DNA of 64,000 nt, taken from Bacteroidota bacterium. GTDB taxonomy: Bacteria > Bacteroidota > Bacteroidia > UBA4408. A model generated the notes under the pieces. It did not search any database and was not told where the DNA came from. It worked only from the letters and a program-made list of their open reading frames with translations. Numbering within the stretch: position 1 is the stretch's first letter; each line of letters begins with the position of its first letter. The DNA is taken from the NCBI GenBank assembly GCA_016721765.1, contig JADKHO010000002.1, positions 927,141-991,140 on the forward strand, written 5' to 3'. The position numbers and the translations under genes were made by a program. Of this stretch, positions 47,787 to 58,424 are shown piece after piece.

Positions 47787-49625
47787 ATGTCAAAATTACA
47801 TTTTGCTATTTTGCTAGTTTTCTTGCTTCTAGGCGCTCGTATCCATGCGCAAAGCACCACGCCAGCTTTGGAGCGTACGCTAAATTTGCAAGTAACGAAC
47901 GCTTCAATAGAAGTAATTTTAAATAAAATTTCTACAGCTTGCGGATGCAAATTTTCTTACAATCCCGGCGCCATTGGTAGTCAAAAAATTAGTTCGCTTC
48001 AGGTTAAAAATAAATCGGTAAGAGAAAGTTTGAACTTGCTGTTTGCCAATCAGGTAAACTATAAAGCACGCGGCAACTATATTATCCTGCAAAAGAAAAG
48101 CGAAGCCGAATTAAAAGCAGCCAAGAAAAACGTAGTGGTAAAAGGCTATGTGACCAATGCCAATACAGGTGAGAAAGTTCCATTTGCAACCATTTACGAT
48201 AAAAAATCATTGGGATCCGCCAATAGCGACGATTACGGCTACTATGAACTGAAGTTAAGAAACGATCGCGAACTGCAATTAAACATCAATAAACAAAATT
48301 ATTCGGATACCATTATCATTGTTAAACAAGATGCAGATGAGCTCATTAACGTGGCCATTTATCCCGCTACAGCGGATACCACTAAAGTGGAAAAAATCAG
48401 CAGCCGAATTAAGAAATCAACTGTCGATTTTTTTATCAGCGCCCGGCAGAAAGTGAATAGTTTGAATGTGCGCGACACGCTTTCGCGGAAATGGCAAGTT
48501 TCGTTGGTACCTTATGTTGGAACAAATTTGATGATGAGTGGAAATGTAAAAAACGACTATTCACTTAATGTTATTGGTGGCTATTCGCAAGGAACGCGCA
48601 TTTTAGAAATGGGTGGTGTTGTTAATATGGACAGAGGTGATGTTGGCAAAGTGCAAGTGGCCGGTTGTGCCAATTTGGTTGCCGGAAAGGTAAATGGAGT
48701 GCAATTGGCGGGCTGCACCAATATTAACAAGCAGGGCTTTTATGGTTTACAAAGTGCTGGATTTTTAAATCTCAACAACGATTCCAGCAGCGGAGTGCAG
48801 CTGGCAGGATTTTTAAATGTAAATCACGCCAAAATGAATGGCATTCAAGCCGCAGGCTTTGCCAATGTAAACTCCAATTCAGAAGTCGGAATTTTATTAG
48901 CGGGATTTACAAATGTGAATCGAGGCAACTACACCGGTGTTCAGCTCGCAGGATTTGGGAACAATCACAAAGGAAATTTAAACGGAGTGCAAGTTGCCGG
49001 ATTTTATAATTCGGTGCAAGGGGAAATAAGCGGTGTGCAAGTTGCGGGGTTTATTAATTATGCAAAAAAAGTGAATGACTTTCAATTGGGAATAATAAAC
49101 ATTTCGGATAGTTGCGGCGGTGTTCCTTTCGGGATTTTTAGTTATGTGAAAAGCGGCTATCATCGCATTGAATTGGCTGCCGACCAACAACTTTACTATA
49201 GTGCTGCCTTTCGCACTGGAACAAAGCGCTTGTACAACATTTTTACAGCCGCTACGCAAGTCAATACCCTTCAAGGAAAATCAGAATTGTGGACACTTGG
49301 TTATGGTATGGGAACCAGTTTTCAGGCCGCAAAAAAAATACAAGTTAACCTCGATCTAACGGCACATCAATTTGTATCCGAAAGCAATATTAGTTCTTAT
49401 CAAACAGTAGGAAAATTGGCACTTAGCGCGGACTTTTATGTAGTGCCGAAATTTTCAATCTTCATAGGCCCTGTTTTAAATGTGGCCATTTTAGATAAAT
49501 CGGATAAAGAATTTTATACCAAAGTGGTCAAAAATTTACCTGGCCCCAATTATCTTTCTAATTTAAATACCACACAACAACTGCGTGGATGGCTAGGTGT
49601 GAAGGCCGGAATTAGATTTTTATAA
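47787..49625 (+). CDS. STN (secretin/TonB N-terminal) + CarboxypepD_reg-like domain protein with internal Gly-rich ~17-aa tandem repeats (GVQLAGFxNVN...) and beta-barrel-like C-terminus
   Basis: It has a signal peptide from MSKLHF. The STN-like region is LNLQVTNASIEVILNKI. The CarboxypepD region is VKGYVTNANTGEKVPFATIY. There are about 10 repeats of G(V/I)Q(L/V)AGF.N. Confidence 0.5.
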   Translation: MSKLHFAILLVFLLLGARIHAQSTTPALERTLNLQVTNASIEVILNKISTACGCKFSYNPGAIGSQKISSLQVKNKSVRESLNLLFANQVNYKARGNYIILQKKSEAELKAAKKNVVVKGYVTNANTGEKVPFATIYDKKSLGSANSDDYGYYELKLRNDRELQLNINKQNYSDTIIIVKQDADELINVAIYPATADTTKVEKISSRIKKSTVDFFISARQKVNSLNVRDTLSRKWQVSLVPYVGTNLMMSGNVKNDYSLNVIGGYSQGTRILEMGGVVNMDRGDVGKVQVAGCANLVAGKVNGVQLAGCTNINKQGFYGLQSAGFLNLNNDSSSGVQLAGFLNVNHAKMNGIQAAGFANVNSNSEVGILLAGFTNVNRGNYTGVQLAGFGNNHKGNLNGVQVAGFYNSVQGEISGVQVAGFINYAKKVNDFQLGIINISDSCGGVPFGIFSYVKSGYHRIELAADQQLYYSAAFRTGTKRLYNIFTAATQVNTLQGKSELWTLGYGMGTSFQAAKKIQVNLDLTAHQFVSESNISSYQTVGKLALSADFYVVPKFSIFIGPVLNVAILDKSDKEFYTKVVKNLPGPNYLSNLNTTQQLRGWLGVKAGIRFL

Positions 49626-49714
49626 AATTTATCCTTCACGCAAACTTTTTTCAAAAAGACATAGGGGTACTTGCAGTTTTAATTGTCCTAACATCAAAAC
49701 CAATAATTGATGTT

Positions 49715-52081
49715 ATGAAAAAATTAAAAATCGTTGTTTTGTTTCTCTCCCTTTTCTTATACTCAGCCACATTACAAGCAAGCGACTTAAGTCAAACCGT
49801 GCGTGGGCAAGTAGTGGATAAAATAACCCAAAGTCCTTTGCCGGGCGCAACAATACTCTTGCTCAACCAAGCTACAACTATTGGAACCGCAAGCGATGCA
49901 GATGGATTTTTTAAACTTACGAATGTTCCTCTGGGCAAACAAAGTTTAGTGGTAAATTACATGGGCTATAAGCCGAGCACCATCAGCAACATAACTGTAA
50001 ATGCCGGAAAGGAAGTGGTCTTAACCATTGCATTGGAAGAGAACATAATGCAATCCAAAGAATTTGTGGTTACGGCAAAAGTCGAAAAAAACAAAGCGCT
50101 GAATGAATTGGCGACTGTAAGTGCACGTACTTTTTCGGTAGAAGAAACACAAAAATATGCAGCAGCAGTAAACGATCCTGCGCGTATGGCTACAGCATTT
50201 GCCGGTGTTACCTGCACCGATGATGGCAACAACCGCATCTCCATCCGTGGAAACGCACCACAAGGATTATTGTGGCGAATGGAAGGAGTAGAAATTCCCA
50301 ACCCCAATCATTTCAGTAATGTAGGAACGTCGGGTGGTGGAATTTCCATTTTGAGTTCTCAATTAATGGCCAATTCCGATTTTTTAACAGGCGCTTTCCC
50401 CGCCGAATATGGCAATGCACTTTCGGGTGTGTTTGACATTAAACTCCGAAAAGGAAATGACGAAAAAAAAGAATACACATTTCAAGCGGGTGTGCTTGGT
50501 TTGGATGCCGCAATGGAAGGCCCATTTAAAAAGGGATACAACGGCTCGTACTTAGTAAATTACCGTTATTCTACCCTCTCGGTATTGGGTAAATTGGGTG
50601 TGCCTTTGGGCGATGCCATTACCCTTTTTCAGGATTTATCCTACAACATTTCCTTACCCACGTCACATGCCGGAACATTCGGATTATTTGGCTTTGGTGG
50701 ATTAAGCAATCAAAAAACATGGTCCACCAAAGATTCCACAAAATGGAAGGAAAATCCTTTTAAAAAATACGACTCTGAATTTTTAGCAAACACCGGTGCG
50801 TCGGGACTCACACATACACTCATTCTAAATCCGCAAACCGCCTTAAGAACTGCGCTGGTGTATTCCGGAACCGGCAATGGCTATCACGAAACACAACTCG
50901 ACAAAGAGTATGAAAAAGTAGAACAGGGCCGTCAAAATTTTGTGCAAAAAAAGCTTACGCTCAGCAGCACGCTTACACATAAGTTTAGCCCTAAAAGCAG
51001 TTTAAAAAGTGGAATTATTTTAAATCAGTTATCGTACAATTTCAAGCAAAAATATTTTGATTATGATTTAAAAAAATATGTGGTTAGTTTGGATGCAAAA
51101 GGCACTGCACATACACTGCAAGCCTTTTCGCAATTCAGTTATAAACTCAACGAGGACTTAACGCTAAATCCGGGAATACACTACATGCGTTATTTCGAAA
51201 ACAGTACTCAGTCGGTAGAGCCGCGCCTCTCCATGCGTTATCAATTAAATCGCAAAAACAGTGTGAGTCTTGGTTATGGGATGCACAGCCAGCTTCAGCC
51301 GATTGGTGTTTATTTTGCAGAACGAACCGATGACTCAGGCATAATTAGTAGACCCAATAAAAATTTAAAACTGGCAAAGTCTCAACACCTTGTGCTTTCC
51401 TACGACTTAATGGCAACCGAATTTTATCATTTTAAAGTCGAGAGTTATTATCAACACCTCAGCAATGTTGCCATAAGCACAAATCCAAACAATACTGTTT
51501 CATTAATTAATTTAGAAGATGGCTATTATACCGATTCGTTGAACAGCAATGGAATTGGGCGCAATTATGGTTTGGAGCTCACAGCAGAGCGCTTTTTGAA
51601 AAACAATTTATACTTTTTATTAAGTGCTTCCTTTTTCGATTCCAAATATCGGGCGGCAGATAATCGTTGGTACAACACCCGTTTCAATGGAAATTACTTA
51701 GTTACATTCACTGCCGGAAAAGATTTCCCGATAAACCGACATGAAAAATCACGTGTTTTTGGCATCGGTATAAAAACGGTGTATTGTGGCGGATTACGCT
51801 ACACGCCCATCAACCAAGAAAAATCAATCGAAAAAGGAAGCGCAGTATATGAAGACGATAAAGCGTATACCTTACAAAATGCAGCGTATTTTCGCACCGA
51901 CATCAAAGTCAGTTTAAAACGAAATTACAAACGCAGCACCGGAACCATTTCATTTGATGTGCAAAATGTGAGCAATCGCAAAAACGCCGGCGGCAGTTAT
52001 TATAACCCCGAAAGCGCGAAAATAGAAACATGGTCACAGGCACCTTTGATACCGATTTTGAGTTATAGAATTGAATTTTAA
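49715..52081 (+). CDS. TonB-dependent outer-membrane receptor (CarboxypepD_reg + plug + barrel)
   Basis: It has a signal peptide, a CarboxypepD N-domain, a TonB-box/plug region and a C-terminal aromatic residue (RIEF). Confidence 0.8.
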   Translation: MKKLKIVVLFLSLFLYSATLQASDLSQTVRGQVVDKITQSPLPGATILLLNQATTIGTASDADGFFKLTNVPLGKQSLVVNYMGYKPSTISNITVNAGKEVVLTIALEENIMQSKEFVVTAKVEKNKALNELATVSARTFSVEETQKYAAAVNDPARMATAFAGVTCTDDGNNRISIRGNAPQGLLWRMEGVEIPNPNHFSNVGTSGGGISILSSQLMANSDFLTGAFPAEYGNALSGVFDIKLRKGNDEKKEYTFQAGVLGLDAAMEGPFKKGYNGSYLVNYRYSTLSVLGKLGVPLGDAITLFQDLSYNISLPTSHAGTFGLFGFGGLSNQKTWSTKDSTKWKENPFKKYDSEFLANTGASGLTHTLILNPQTALRTALVYSGTGNGYHETQLDKEYEKVEQGRQNFVQKKLTLSSTLTHKFSPKSSLKSGIILNQLSYNFKQKYFDYDLKKYVVSLDAKGTAHTLQAFSQFSYKLNEDLTLNPGIHYMRYFENSTQSVEPRLSMRYQLNRKNSVSLGYGMHSQLQPIGVYFAERTDDSGIISRPNKNLKLAKSQHLVLSYDLMATEFYHFKVESYYQHLSNVAISTNPNNTVSLINLEDGYYTDSLNSNGIGRNYGLELTAERFLKNNLYFLLSASFFDSKYRAADNRWYNTRFNGNYLVTFTAGKDFPINRHEKSRVFGIGIKTVYCGGLRYTPINQEKSIEKGSAVYEDDKAYTLQNAAYFRTDIKVSLKRNYKRSTGTISFDVQNVSNRKNAGGSYYNPESAKIETWSQAPLIPILSYRIEF

Positions 52082-52190
52082 GTGAATTGCCTGCGCATCA
52101 ATTAAAATCTGAAAACGGTTTTATCCAAGCATTTAGGAATTCAAAAAAATGGCTATTTTTGGCGCGGAAAAATGAACAATTTCTAATCGT

Positions 52191-52268
<78 letters not shown>

Positions 52269-52333
52269 AATTTTAAGCCTGAAGAAATTCAGGCTTTCTT
52301 ATTTTTTATTTTTATGAATTTAAACTAAACCAC

Positions 52334-53974
52334 ATGCCACTACAACGCCTTTCCTATTTGACTTTAATTATTGCTTTAGCACTGCTCAGCTCCTGCTCAA
52401 AAAAGCAAGTTGACCTTGTACTTTACAATGGAAAAATATACACAATTGACAGTACTTTTAAAGTAGTGGAAGCAATGGCCATACATGATGGAAAAATTGT
52501 TTCATGCGGAAGTAACACCGAAATCGAATCTTTTGAAGCTGCTCAAAAAATAGATTTGAAGGGAAACTTTGTGTATCCCGGCTTTATTGATGCCCATTGT
52601 CATTTTTATGGGTATGGTGTGGATTTAAAAAAAATAAATTTAACCGGAACCAATTCATGGAATGCTGTGCTCGATACCCTTGTGAAATATAGAGAACAAA
52701 AATTTATGGGTTGGATTTTTGGTCGCGGATGGGATCAAAACGATTGGGAAACAAAACAATTTCCGAGAAAAGAAAAATTAGACAGCCTCTTCCCGGACGT
52801 TCCGGTTTTTTTAATGCGCATTGATGGACATGCTGCAGTTGTAAATCAAAAAGGATTGGATATGTGTGGACTCAGCATCACCAGTAAAATTGACGGAGGA
52901 GAAGTAGTTCTTAAAAATGGGAAATTGAGCGGATTACTAATTGATAATGCCGTGGATTTAGTAAAATTAAAAATACCGAATCCAACTAAAGCAGCCGAAA
53001 TTGAAGCCTTATTAAGTGCACAAAAAAATTGCTTTGAAGTTGGACTTACCACTGTTGATGATGCCGGATTAGAAAAGGAAACTATCTTATTAATTGATTC
53101 CTTACAAAAGGCTGGGCAATTAAAAATGCGCTACTATGCCATGATTAGCTGCACCGAAAGCAATAAAAAGTATTTCTTTGAAAAAGGCAAAATCAAAACC
53201 GATCATCTATCAGCACGCTCGTTTAAAATTTATGCGGATGGAGCCTTAGGTTCGAGAGGAGCTTTGCTTTTGGAAGACTACGCAGATATGGCAAACCACA
53301 GAGGACTTGCACTCACACCAATGGACCAAGTAAAAAAATCGGCCGAAGAAATTGCTGCACATGATTTTCAGCTTTGCACCCATTGCATTGGAGACTCTGC
53401 CAATCGTGTATTGTTAGGCATTTATGCTGCAGCCACTAAAAACAATCTCAATGCCCGCTGGCGCATCGAACATGCTCAAGTGTTGAATGAATCAGATTTT
53501 CAACTTTTCAAAACAGCTCATGTTATCCCATCGGTGCAACCCACGCATGCCACAAGCGATATGTATTGGGCGGGAGATCGTTTGGGAAATGAACGAATTA
53601 AAAATGCTTATGCCTACAAAAAACTTTTAACCTACACAGGAATTCTTGCTGCCGGCAGCGATTTTCCAGTGGAAGATATAAACCCGCTGTATGGATTTTA
53701 TGCAGCAACCGTGCGCAAAGACAAAAAGAATTATCCCCCAAACGGTTATCAAACTGAAAATGCGTTGAGTCGCGAAGAAGCATTGCGGGCCATGACTTAT
53801 TGGGCGGCCTATGCTAATTTCGAAGAAAAAGAAAAAGGTTCACTTGAACCCGGAAAATTTGCTGATTTTGTGATTTTAAATGAGGATTTAATGAATGCAC
53901 CCGATGAAAAACTGTGGCAATTGAAAGTGCAACGCACTTATGTGAATGGAGAATTGGTTTTTGAAAGAAAATAA
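52334..53974 (+). CDS. Amidohydrolase family (Amidohydro_3) metal-dependent hydrolase, lipoprotein
   Basis: There is a lipobox LLSSC. The metal-binding motif is YPGFIDAHCHF. It is 546 aa. Confidence 0.8.
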   Translation: MPLQRLSYLTLIIALALLSSCSKKQVDLVLYNGKIYTIDSTFKVVEAMAIHDGKIVSCGSNTEIESFEAAQKIDLKGNFVYPGFIDAHCHFYGYGVDLKKINLTGTNSWNAVLDTLVKYREQKFMGWIFGRGWDQNDWETKQFPRKEKLDSLFPDVPVFLMRIDGHAAVVNQKGLDMCGLSITSKIDGGEVVLKNGKLSGLLIDNAVDLVKLKIPNPTKAAEIEALLSAQKNCFEVGLTTVDDAGLEKETILLIDSLQKAGQLKMRYYAMISCTESNKKYFFEKGKIKTDHLSARSFKIYADGALGSRGALLLEDYADMANHRGLALTPMDQVKKSAEEIAAHDFQLCTHCIGDSANRVLLGIYAAATKNNLNARWRIEHAQVLNESDFQLFKTAHVIPSVQPTHATSDMYWAGDRLGNERIKNAYAYKKLLTYTGILAAGSDFPVEDINPLYGFYAATVRKDKKNYPPNGYQTENALSREEALRAMTYWAAYANFEEKEKGSLEPGKFADFVILNEDLMNAPDEKLWQLKVQRTYVNGELVFERK

Positions 53975-54106
53975 AAGAGTATGGTGATTTACATTCAAAT
54001 GTTTTGTTACAGCCAAAACGGCTGATAAACGCTGAACTAAAAAAAATTATATGGCAATTTCGGGGTTCCGTATAAAATATTTATTTTTGTCGTATAAAAC
54101 AAAATT

Positions 54107-54364
54107 ATGGATGCAAAAATCACATTAAGTTTTGATGAGCAAATCATCAGCAAGGCTAAAAAATTTGCTGAGGATAACGATATCAGTCTTTCCCGCTTAA
54201 CTGAATTTTTATTGGCAAAAGTTACCAGTTCCACCTACAAATCGTTGGATAGTTTGCCTGTTGCGGATTGGATTTCGATACTTGCTGAAGGTCAAACGGA
54301 GTATCAAACAAAAGCCAAAAGCCGTAAAGCGCTTAAAAATGAATATTACAGCTCCAAAAAGTGA
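54107..54364 (+). CDS. Putative antitoxin (ribbon-helix-helix-like/DUF6364-type) of VapBC-like pair
   Basis: The protein is 85 aa and charged. It overlaps the downstream PIN gene by 4 nt. Confidence 0.5.
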   Translation: MDAKITLSFDEQIISKAKKFAEDNDISLSRLTEFLLAKVTSSTYKSLDSLPVADWISILAEGQTEYQTKAKSRKALKNEYYSSKK

Positions 54365-54780
54365 AAATCTTTTTAGATGCTAATATTCTTGTTTCGGTAT
54401 TGAATAATGAATATCCATTGTTCACTTATTCAGCACGTGTGCTTAGTTTGATGGACAATCGAAAATTTGAAGTGTATACTTCACCGCTTTGCATGGCAAT
54501 TGCATATTATTTTGCAGAGAAAAAGAGTGGAAATAAAATTGCCTTACAAAAAATTAGGTTATTGAGTTCAAAAATTAAAATTGCAGGAATTACTGAAGCC
54601 AATGTAAAATCAGCTGCCGAGAATGTTAAAATCCATGATTTTGAGGATGGAATTCAATACTATTCTGCTTTACAGGCTAAATGCACTTGCCTTATAACTG
54701 AAAACACAGAAGATTTTTATTTTTCTGAAATGGAGGTTTTAGATGCCAAAAGCTTCCTGGAAAAGACTTTCGTGAAGTAA
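54361..54780 (+). CDS. PIN-domain toxin (VapC-like)
   Basis: It has MKIFLDANILV, which is the PIN N-terminal acidic motif, and further conserved D/E positions. It is 139 aa. Confidence 0.7.
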   Translation: MKIFLDANILVSVLNNEYPLFTYSARVLSLMDNRKFEVYTSPLCMAIAYYFAEKKSGNKIALQKIRLLSSKIKIAGITEANVKSAAENVKIHDFEDGIQYYSALQAKCTCLITENTEDFYFSEMEVLDAKSFLEKTFVK

Positions 54781-54879
54781 AATTTCATCGTATTTTGAAG
54801 GAAAATGAAAATATATTTTGATGGAAAGGTATTTTTTTTACCTTTGCAGTCCGTTTTAAAAAAGTAAAAATAAAATACG

Positions 54880-55038
54880 ATGAAAAGGACATTTCAACCT
54901 TCCCAGAGAAAAAGAAGAAATAAGCACGGTTTTCGTGAGCGCATGGCTACTGCAAATGGGCGAAGAGTAATAAATGCACGCAGAGCAAAAGGCCGTAAAA
55001 AACTTACTGTGTCTTCCGATAAATTGCACAAAAAATAA
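54880..55038 (+). CDS. rpmH: 50S ribosomal protein L34
   Basis: The translation [45 protein letters not shown] matches the L34 signature. It is 52 aa and is not in the ORF track because it is <60 aa. Confidence 0.85.
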   Translation: MKRTFQPSQRKRRNKHGFRERMATANGRRVINARRAKGRKKLTVSSDKLHKK

Positions 55039-55156
55039 TAATTGATTTAGCTTCGGCGAATCAATGCTCTAAAAATGCTACTCATTTTCGATAATGAGTA
55101 GCATTTTTATTTTTATAATGTTTACATTTGGATTACAGATAATTTTAACTCCCTAA

Positions 55157-57844
55157 ATGAAACCTACTCCATCCCTTCTTCTGCTTTCGGCATTGTTTTT
55201 TGTCGTAAACCTTTCAGCACAACCCTTTTTAAAAACCACTGCGAACAAAGCCCTAAGCTTTAAAGAAATGCAATTGCAATTTGATCAATGGAAGCAGACT
55301 GTTGATCTTAAAAAGCAAAAGAATTGGAAGAACTTTAAGCGTTGGGAAATGGAAACCCAGTTGCATACCGATGCGCAGGGAAATCCAGTGAATCCCGAAT
55401 TATATGTGAATGAAATTATTAAAGCCACTGCCGATAAAGCCAAACAGAGCGCCGCCCGAACTAATTTTGCACACCCATGGATTCCAACAGGTCCATTTAA
55501 TTTGCCGTTAAATCAAACTGGTTATCTGGAAGTGGGCATGGGGCGAATAAATTGCATGGCTTTTCATCCTTCTGATCCAAATACTTATTTTGTAGGTGTA
55601 GCACAAGGCGGATTGTGGAAAACCACAAACAGCGGTCAAAGCTGGATACCCTTGACGGATAATTTACCCATTTTACGCATCAGCGATATTGCTATTGACC
55701 CCATCAATCCAAACACCATTTACATTTCGGTATGTGACTTTGAATACCTGGATGTGAGTTTAAAATTAGATGGTAGAAAACGAAATACGCATTATGGTTT
55801 AGGATTGTATAAAACCACAGATGGTGGGCTTACCTGGAACCCTACGGGATTGAGTTTTCAATTAACGAATGGCGATGCTTCTTTGATTCGCAAAACTATT
55901 ATTCATCCCTCCACAACAAATAAATTGGTTGCTTGCGGACCAAGCGGAATGTATATCAGCAACAATGCAGGCCAAAATTGGACAAAGACAATGGATTCTC
56001 TTTTTTGGGATTTGGTGCAAGATCCGGCCAACCCAAACTTACTTTACGCAGCAAGTGGTTGGTTAAAAAATTCGAACACCGGAAATGCAGCTATCTACAA
56101 ATCAACTGATTTTGGTGTAACCTGGACAATGCTTACTACCGGAATACCTTCAACAGGCTTTGTTCAGCGTATAAAATTAGCAGTTGCACCATCTGATCCC
56201 AATTATATTTATGCTGTAGCTGTGGATTATGATAGAGGTTTATATGGTATTTACAAAAGCACCGATGCCGGCAACAATTGGGTGTATATTCCACCCGCAT
56301 TAAATATTTTAGAAGGCGGTGATGGAAGTTCTCCCGGCGGGCAAGGAACTTACGATTTAGGATTGCTGGTAAGCAGTACCAATCGGGATTTACTTTATGT
56401 TGGTGGTGTAAACCTTTGGGGATCGAGTGACGGTGCACAAAGTTTTAATCCGGTTAGCCATTGGACAACAAGTTACGGGCCTACCACACATGCCGATATT
56501 CACTATTTATATAGCCATCCCCTTACGGGAAATATATTTGCATGCAACGACGGAGGAATTTATCGCACCACCAATATAATAATACATTCCTGGTTGGATG
56601 CAAATAATGGAATACCGTGGCCAACACAATGGGCAAAATTGAACGATGGCTTGCAAATAACATCATTTTACAGACTTTCAAGTTCAAAAAACACCAATGG
56701 AAAAATCATGGCTGGTGCTCAGGATAATTCCACCTTCTTTTTTAATGGGACATCCTGGACGAACATTGGAGGTGGCGATGGGATGGATAATTACATAAAT
56801 CCACAAAACGACAGTAATCTTATTACCTCCAGCCAGTATGGAAATTTTAGTTTATCCTACGATAATGGAGTAAATGGTTTTTGGTGCGATCCAAATATAA
56901 ATGGTGAAGTAGCAGAATGGACAAGTCCTATAATTGCTGATTATAACCAATCTAATACCTTGTATGCAGGTTTTGCCAATGTAAGTAAATCAACAGATGG
57001 AGGAAATAATTGGACAGCGATTTCTAACTTCCCTACCGGAGGCTTTGCGAACAATGAAATTTCGGCGCTTGCTGTTGCTAACACCAATGGCAATGTGCTT
57101 TATGCGACTAAACGCGTACGTTATGAATATGGCATTCCCGGAAGTGTATTTACCACTACGGATGGAGGAACCAATTGGACGGATGTTACTGCAGGTTTGC
57201 CCGACTCGCTATATTATACCTCAGTGGAAGTAAACGTTGCCGATCCGGATATTGCTTATGTTACTATGGCCGGGTTTAGTGCGGGCTTAAAAGTATTTAT
57301 TACCGGCGATGGCGGAGCAAGCTGGCAAAATATTTCGTATAATTTGCCCAACTTGCCTGTTAATTGCATCAAGAGCTTGCCTGGAGGCAGTAAACTGCTT
57401 ATCGCAACCGATATTGGCCTCTACATGCTTGATGATACTTCTTCTACTTGGCAGCAAGTAAGCACAGGATTGCCCAATGTAATTGTTACGGACATAGAAC
57501 TGAATGTTTCATTAAATAAAGTATACGTTTCTACATTTGGAAGAGGAATTTGGGAAACGGATTTAGATGCGCTATTAGGCACTTCACAAGCCCAAGCTTC
57601 CTTGTCGGAGTTTAAGCTTTATCCAAGTATTAACAGTGGAGCCTTCACACTTGAAGTGCAACACAAAAGCAAAATAGACTCGCATTTAACACTGCAAATT
57701 ATCGACATTATGGGCAGAATGGTTTACAGCAGTGAATTGGCAAAAGCTAAAAACCAAATTCAAGTCGATTTGCCTTCCGGTAAATACTTTGCAAAGGTAA
57801 GTGGAAACGGATTTTCAGCGGTTAAAACTTTTGTGAAGGAGTAG
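55157..57844 (+). CDS. BNR/Asp-box repeat (sortilin/VPS10-like glycoside-hydrolase-like) protein with T9SS C-terminal domain
   Basis: There are multiple S/T-x-D-x-G-x-T-W Asp-box repeats (WKTTNSGQSW, YKTTDGGLTW, YKSTDFGVTW, YKSTDAGNNW, TTTDGGTNW). The C-terminal ~80 aa is a T9SS CTD. Confidence 0.65.
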   Translation: MKPTPSLLLLSALFFVVNLSAQPFLKTTANKALSFKEMQLQFDQWKQTVDLKKQKNWKNFKRWEMETQLHTDAQGNPVNPELYVNEIIKATADKAKQSAARTNFAHPWIPTGPFNLPLNQTGYLEVGMGRINCMAFHPSDPNTYFVGVAQGGLWKTTNSGQSWIPLTDNLPILRISDIAIDPINPNTIYISVCDFEYLDVSLKLDGRKRNTHYGLGLYKTTDGGLTWNPTGLSFQLTNGDASLIRKTIIHPSTTNKLVACGPSGMYISNNAGQNWTKTMDSLFWDLVQDPANPNLLYAASGWLKNSNTGNAAIYKSTDFGVTWTMLTTGIPSTGFVQRIKLAVAPSDPNYIYAVAVDYDRGLYGIYKSTDAGNNWVYIPPALNILEGGDGSSPGGQGTYDLGLLVSSTNRDLLYVGGVNLWGSSDGAQSFNPVSHWTTSYGPTTHADIHYLYSHPLTGNIFACNDGGIYRTTNIIIHSWLDANNGIPWPTQWAKLNDGLQITSFYRLSSSKNTNGKIMAGAQDNSTFFFNGTSWTNIGGGDGMDNYINPQNDSNLITSSQYGNFSLSYDNGVNGFWCDPNINGEVAEWTSPIIADYNQSNTLYAGFANVSKSTDGGNNWTAISNFPTGGFANNEISALAVANTNGNVLYATKRVRYEYGIPGSVFTTTDGGTNWTDVTAGLPDSLYYTSVEVNVADPDIAYVTMAGFSAGLKVFITGDGGASWQNISYNLPNLPVNCIKSLPGGSKLLIATDIGLYMLDDTSSTWQQVSTGLPNVIVTDIELNVSLNKVYVSTFGRGIWETDLDALLGTSQAQASLSEFKLYPSINSGAFTLEVQHKSKIDSHLTLQIIDIMGRMVYSSELAKAKNQIQVDLPSGKYFAKVSGNGFSAVKTFVKE

Positions 57845-57853
57845 TATCACACC

Positions 57854-58273
57854 TTACTTTAGTTTCATTTGTGCAAAATAAGGATGTTCAGGATTTACTA
57901 GCAGTTCCTGACGAAGAGGATGAATTACAACATCTAAATCTTCCAATGGAATTGCCCCCAATAAAGGCTCATTGTTACCTGAAAGGACAAGTGCATTGCA
58001 CACGGTTCTTCGATTTTTGAATTTTACAACCACAGGCCCAACAACGTCAAATTCTTCGATATTTCCATTCGCCATTTGAGCCTTTCGTTTTTCAATGTAA
58101 GGCAAGTTTAATTGTGCTTGGATGCTTTCATTAATACAAAGATTATATGCACCGGTATCTACTAACATTTTAACATTCAAACGTTTTACCTCCTCCTCTC
58201 CAATTATGCTGCGACGCACTAAGCCCAAATCATCAGAATTAATCAATTCAATATCAGCGTAAATAATTCCCAT
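57854..58273 (-). CDS. Retropepsin-like (clan AA) aspartic protease
   Basis: The D-T/S-G active-site motif LVDTGAY is present. The protein is 139 aa, the size of a single-lobe dimeric retropepsin. Confidence 0.6.
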   Translation of the reverse strand: MGIIYADIELINSDDLGLVRRSIIGEEEVKRLNVKMLVDTGAYNLCINESIQAQLNLPYIEKRKAQMANGNIEEFDVVGPVVVKFKNRRTVCNALVLSGNNEPLLGAIPLEDLDVVIHPLRQELLVNPEHPYFAQMKLK

Positions 58274-58424
58274 TTTTTCTTCTACTAACTTTTTCTTCTA
58301 CAAATTTAAAAAAATTGCTGATAATTTGTTTATAAAAACTCTTCAAAACAGTGTCTCAAAAAGACTCAAAAAGGGGATAAATGTTACCTTTGCGCACCAG
58401 TAAAAACACTTATCCTTCCAATCC

